A stretch of 50,000 bases of DNA. Source: Chiloscyllium plagiosum. Its lineage: Eukaryota. A model generated the notes under the pieces. The model ran no database searches. It was not told the origin of the DNA and saw only the letters and a list, made by a program, of their open reading frames with translations. The position numbers were made by a program, and so were the translations under genes. Within the stretch, counting starts at the first letter, position 1. Each line of letters starts with the position of its first letter. Location of the stretch: positions 1-50,000 of the forward strand of contig NW_025214729.1 of assembly GCF_004010195.1 (NCBI RefSeq), written 5' to 3'. Positions 46,550 to 50,000 of the stretch are shown here, one piece after another.

Positions 46550-49500
46550 AGTTTGGTTTTATATAAAAATTTTCTCTTTTACCAAAACAAACCAAAAGTT
46601 ATAAAAGTACAGAAAAGTAGAAATAATACTGTGCTATTATATTATGTTGCAGTAACATTTACAATAAACTGCCTTCTATTCTTCAAGATGCCATTGTCTC
46701 ATATTTTCTTAACCCAAGTTAGCATAAATTCAAATTAAATAAAATAACTAAGTTACAATCCACTAAAATTAAATTACATTGCATTGTACTGTATTACATT
46801 ACTCCAGTCACTGCGCCTCCATCAAGACTCCAGTCCATGGGAGCAACAGTTATTATTGTACCTGTATCCCCGGACCACCACATACGGCCCTCGTAGCTAT
46901 ATAAAGGCCCGAGTCAGTACTGCCGACAGATCCATGTCTATGTAATTTAGAAAGGGCTGCCATGTCTTATAAAATTGCTCTCTTCTGTGGCGAACCATAC
47001 TCCTCAGGTAATCTTGAGGGACGTGCTCCATCACAAGTCTGTGCCACCCTGCAAGATCAGGAAACTTTTCTGATATCCAGTTCAGTAGATGTTCTTCCTC
47101 CCGCAGTATGTAGGAATATTGAATAACCTTTTCCTGTGCTCACCCAAAGAGGAAAGTTTCAGTAGTCCCAAAAGGAGGGACGCAGGTCCTCCTTAACTTC
47201 CATTCACAGGATCCTCTCCAGCTCATTCATTGTGGCCCCCCCAGTACCCGTGGATCTTGTAACAGGACCAAAGCAATGCGTAAGGGTGCCAACGCGGTTT
47301 TTACATTTGGGACATTTCAGGAAAGATCCTTTCTTAAACTTTGCTAACCTCTCTGACGCCATATGAACCCTGTGGTGGATCTTCAATTGAATCAGTATGC
47401 CTTATTCCATATTGAAGTTTTCTTTACATTCCTCCAAATGTCCTCCCATGTTTCAGATGAGATTTCTTTCCCCTAATTCCTGATTCCAAATCTCATGGAG
47501 TCTCTCCATATCCCCCAGGGCATTCCCTCTCTGCAGATGATATGTGGTACTAACAGAGAGCGCCCTCACACCAGAGCACTCTTTGTTCTGTATTTGACTT
47601 GTAGGGCTGGGCCAAGAGCATGGTCACTTTCTGTTTGTAATCCCTAACCTGAAAATATCAGAAAACGTCTCTATTATGAATTCCGTATTTCTGACCTAAT
47701 TGGCTGAAAGGCGTCCAAGACCTCTCCCTCAAATAACTCTCCCACATAGGTGATCCCTTTACCCTCCCATGCTCTGAAGCTGGAGTCCATTGACCCCAGT
47801 CTAAATCCTGGGGCTCCCACTAACTGGGTGAACGGCGAAGTCTTAAGCAAATTGCCCTCACCCTGCCACATTATTCTCCATGCCTTTTATAATAATTTGG
47901 ATTCTCTGTGCTCAACTGCAGATCTCATCTTATCCAATGAACAGTAAGTTTATGAGGGGACATCTCATCTGCGAGGCCTCCACATCAAGCCATATCGACT
48001 TCGAGTCATTCCACACCCACTCGTCTACATATGACAACAGGGTGCCTATTTGGTATCTCTTCAGATCTGGTAGGACCACAACAGGCCCCCCAACACCCCT
48101 GCACCCCCCTTAATATCCTGTGGAAGTTGCACCATGGTAAATTTAATTTGGGGGCACCTACGGCACCAAATAAATGATCCAAGCTATCCCGCAAACCTCC
48201 GCGGCACCTGTTTGTGTAATAACAACAGGAGCTTCCTTTATAGGATATAACAGCCGAGGAAGAACATTCGTCTTAATCAAGGCTATACGGCCGAGCTATG
48301 AAATGGGTAGTCCCTCCCATTACTGCAATCCTGCTTTATTCTCTCAAACAGCTGCACAAAGTTAGCTCCGTACACCTGTGGAAAGTAAGGGGTAATAAAA
48401 ATTCACAGATAGCGAAAACCTTCCTGTGACCATCTCAAAGGAAACTCCATTCCATCCTCCAGCTTCGGTACTTCCACCAATCTCCTCACGGGCATGACTT
48501 TGGGTTTTGTGAAATTTATCCTGTATCCCAAAAAGCAACCAAATAATTTAATTTTTTTGTATTAGCCAGGGTATGGACTTTTCAGGGTTGTCAAAAAAAC
48601 AGAAAGACATCGTCTGCATAGAGTGACTTTGTGTTCCCCAACTCCCACCTTTGGTGCCATTATTTCAGGGTCCTTTCGGATAGCCTCCACCAGTGGACTT
48701 TTCAGGGTTGTCAAAAAAACAGAAAGACATCGTCTGCATAGTGACTTTGTGTTCCCCAACTCCCACCTTTGGTGCCATTATTTCAGGGTCCTTTCGGATA
48801 GCCTCCACCAGTGGTTCAAGTACCAAGGCAAACAGCAGCGGTGACAGGGGACATCCCTGTTGGCTGCACCACCTCACTGCTTGAGTTAACCCCATTCGTG
48901 ATAACCGCTGCCTTGGTGTCTTTGTATAACACTGCCACTAACCTGGTGAAGGCCTCTCCCAGGCCAAAATAATCTAGAGCAGCAAAGAGATATGATCATT
49001 CCAACCAATCAAAAGCCTTTTCTGCATCCAGGGAGACCACCAAACCAGGAATCATTCTCTACTGACATATTTGCACTAATTCAACACCAGCCTGATATTG
49101 TTGGAGGAGCTGCGGCCCTTGATTAAAAACCCATCTGGTCCTTTTTTTATAATAATGTACAACACCTTCTCCAACCTCAGAGCCAACACCTTTGATTGGA
49201 TTTTCAAATCCACATTCAGTAATGAGATGAGCCTTTATAATGTGCAATCCTTGGGGTCTTTCCCTCTCTTTTAAAATAAGGGAGATATTATCCTCCCTTT
49301 GAGAGGGTGGAAAGCAGCCCTGGCTAAACATCACCAGCAGTGGATCAGCCAACATGTGTATGAACTCCTTGTAAACTCGGGAACCCGTCTGGACCGGGTG
49401 TCCTTACCACCTTGGAGCTGCCTTACTGCCTCTTACACCTCCTGTACTGTCAGAGGTGCATTTAAAAGGGAGGCGTGAGCTGCGTTTATACTGGGGAAGT

Positions 49501-50000
49501 CCAAGTTTTCAAAAACGGATTCCATTCTCGATTCTCCATCCCCACAGCCCTCCGACTGGTATAACTCTGCATAGAACACTCAGAATCTGGCATTGATCTT
49601 TCTCAAGTTCATTGTGACATTGTCAGTTCTCTCCCTGATAGATGCAATGGACTGCGGAGCACTTTTCTTCCGGGCCAGGTATCTACATGGCTTATCCCCA
49701 TATTCAAACAGCCTTTGCTTTGCAAAGGAGACCCCTCTCTTCATCACTTGGGTGAGCACTGAGTCCAGAGCAGCCCAGAGAGCCATGACCCATTGTAATT
49801 TGACCACGGGTGGTCTTGTGTAATATGCCGATTCAGCTGCCTTCAGTCAGGCCTCAAGCATCCGCTGCTGCTCTTCTCTCTGCCCACTCCTCCTCGTTGT
49901 TGAGTATGAAATAATTATACCTCTTAAAAATGCTTTGGTGGTTCTCCCAGAGCACTAATGGACATACCCCAATTGATGTCTCAAAAAATCCCTGAGCTCC
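46550..50000 (-). mobile_element. L1-clade LINE: decayed ORF2 (RT and Cys-rich C-terminus) plus 3' UTR, antisense to SSBP3, extending past the window end
   Basis: Minus-strand motifs RLFEYGDKP, SLDAEKAFD, QGCPLSPLLFALVLEPL, YADD, CPKC...GTLTHCF and FYKTWQPFLNY, with the stop at 46897-46899. Many frameshifts. Confidence 0.9.

Larger units (their letters stand above)
8952..50000 (+). other. SSBP3: SSBP3 intron 4 (over 41 kb, continues beyond the window)
   Basis: No exon encoding the expected SAAAAPSP.../Pro-Gly-rich continuation was found downstream. The region is repeat-rich. Confidence 0.8.

Noticed and set aside
1..50000. Prokaryotic systems (CRISPR arrays, operons, defence islands)
   Set aside because: The sequence is clearly vertebrate, with spliceosomal introns and no regularly spaced repeat-spacer array.

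Overview
Vertebrate genomic DNA, almost certainly a shark, judging by its repeats: HE1/V-SINEs, HER1/CR1 LINEs and DeuSINE relics. The window holds the CpG-island promoter and first four coding exons of SSBP3 (+ strand; N-terminal LisH/LUFS domain, 92 codons across 2127-8951), followed by more than 41 kb of intron 4 with no exon 5 visible. The introns are a patchwork of retroelements: HE1 SINEs, CR1, RTE, an antisense L1-clade ORF2, and many Penelope-like element (PLE) derivatives. The most interesting signal is a set of short, often fold-back, TSD-flanked PLE derivatives carrying minimal hammerhead-ribozyme motifs (CUGANGA-stem II-GAAA-palindrome-UH). Two intact-looking copies (6815-6849, 43471-43505) lie in the sense orientation of the SSBP3 pre-mRNA and have different but fully paired stem II sequences. 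Other points: stacked uORFs in the 5' leader, a locally templated duplication inside a SINE, a tandem duplication of the L1 YADD region, nested insertions, and repeat-free CpG-retaining intronic blocks that may be enhancers. Repeat family names come from recognising the sequence, not from database searches, and repeat boundaries are approximate.
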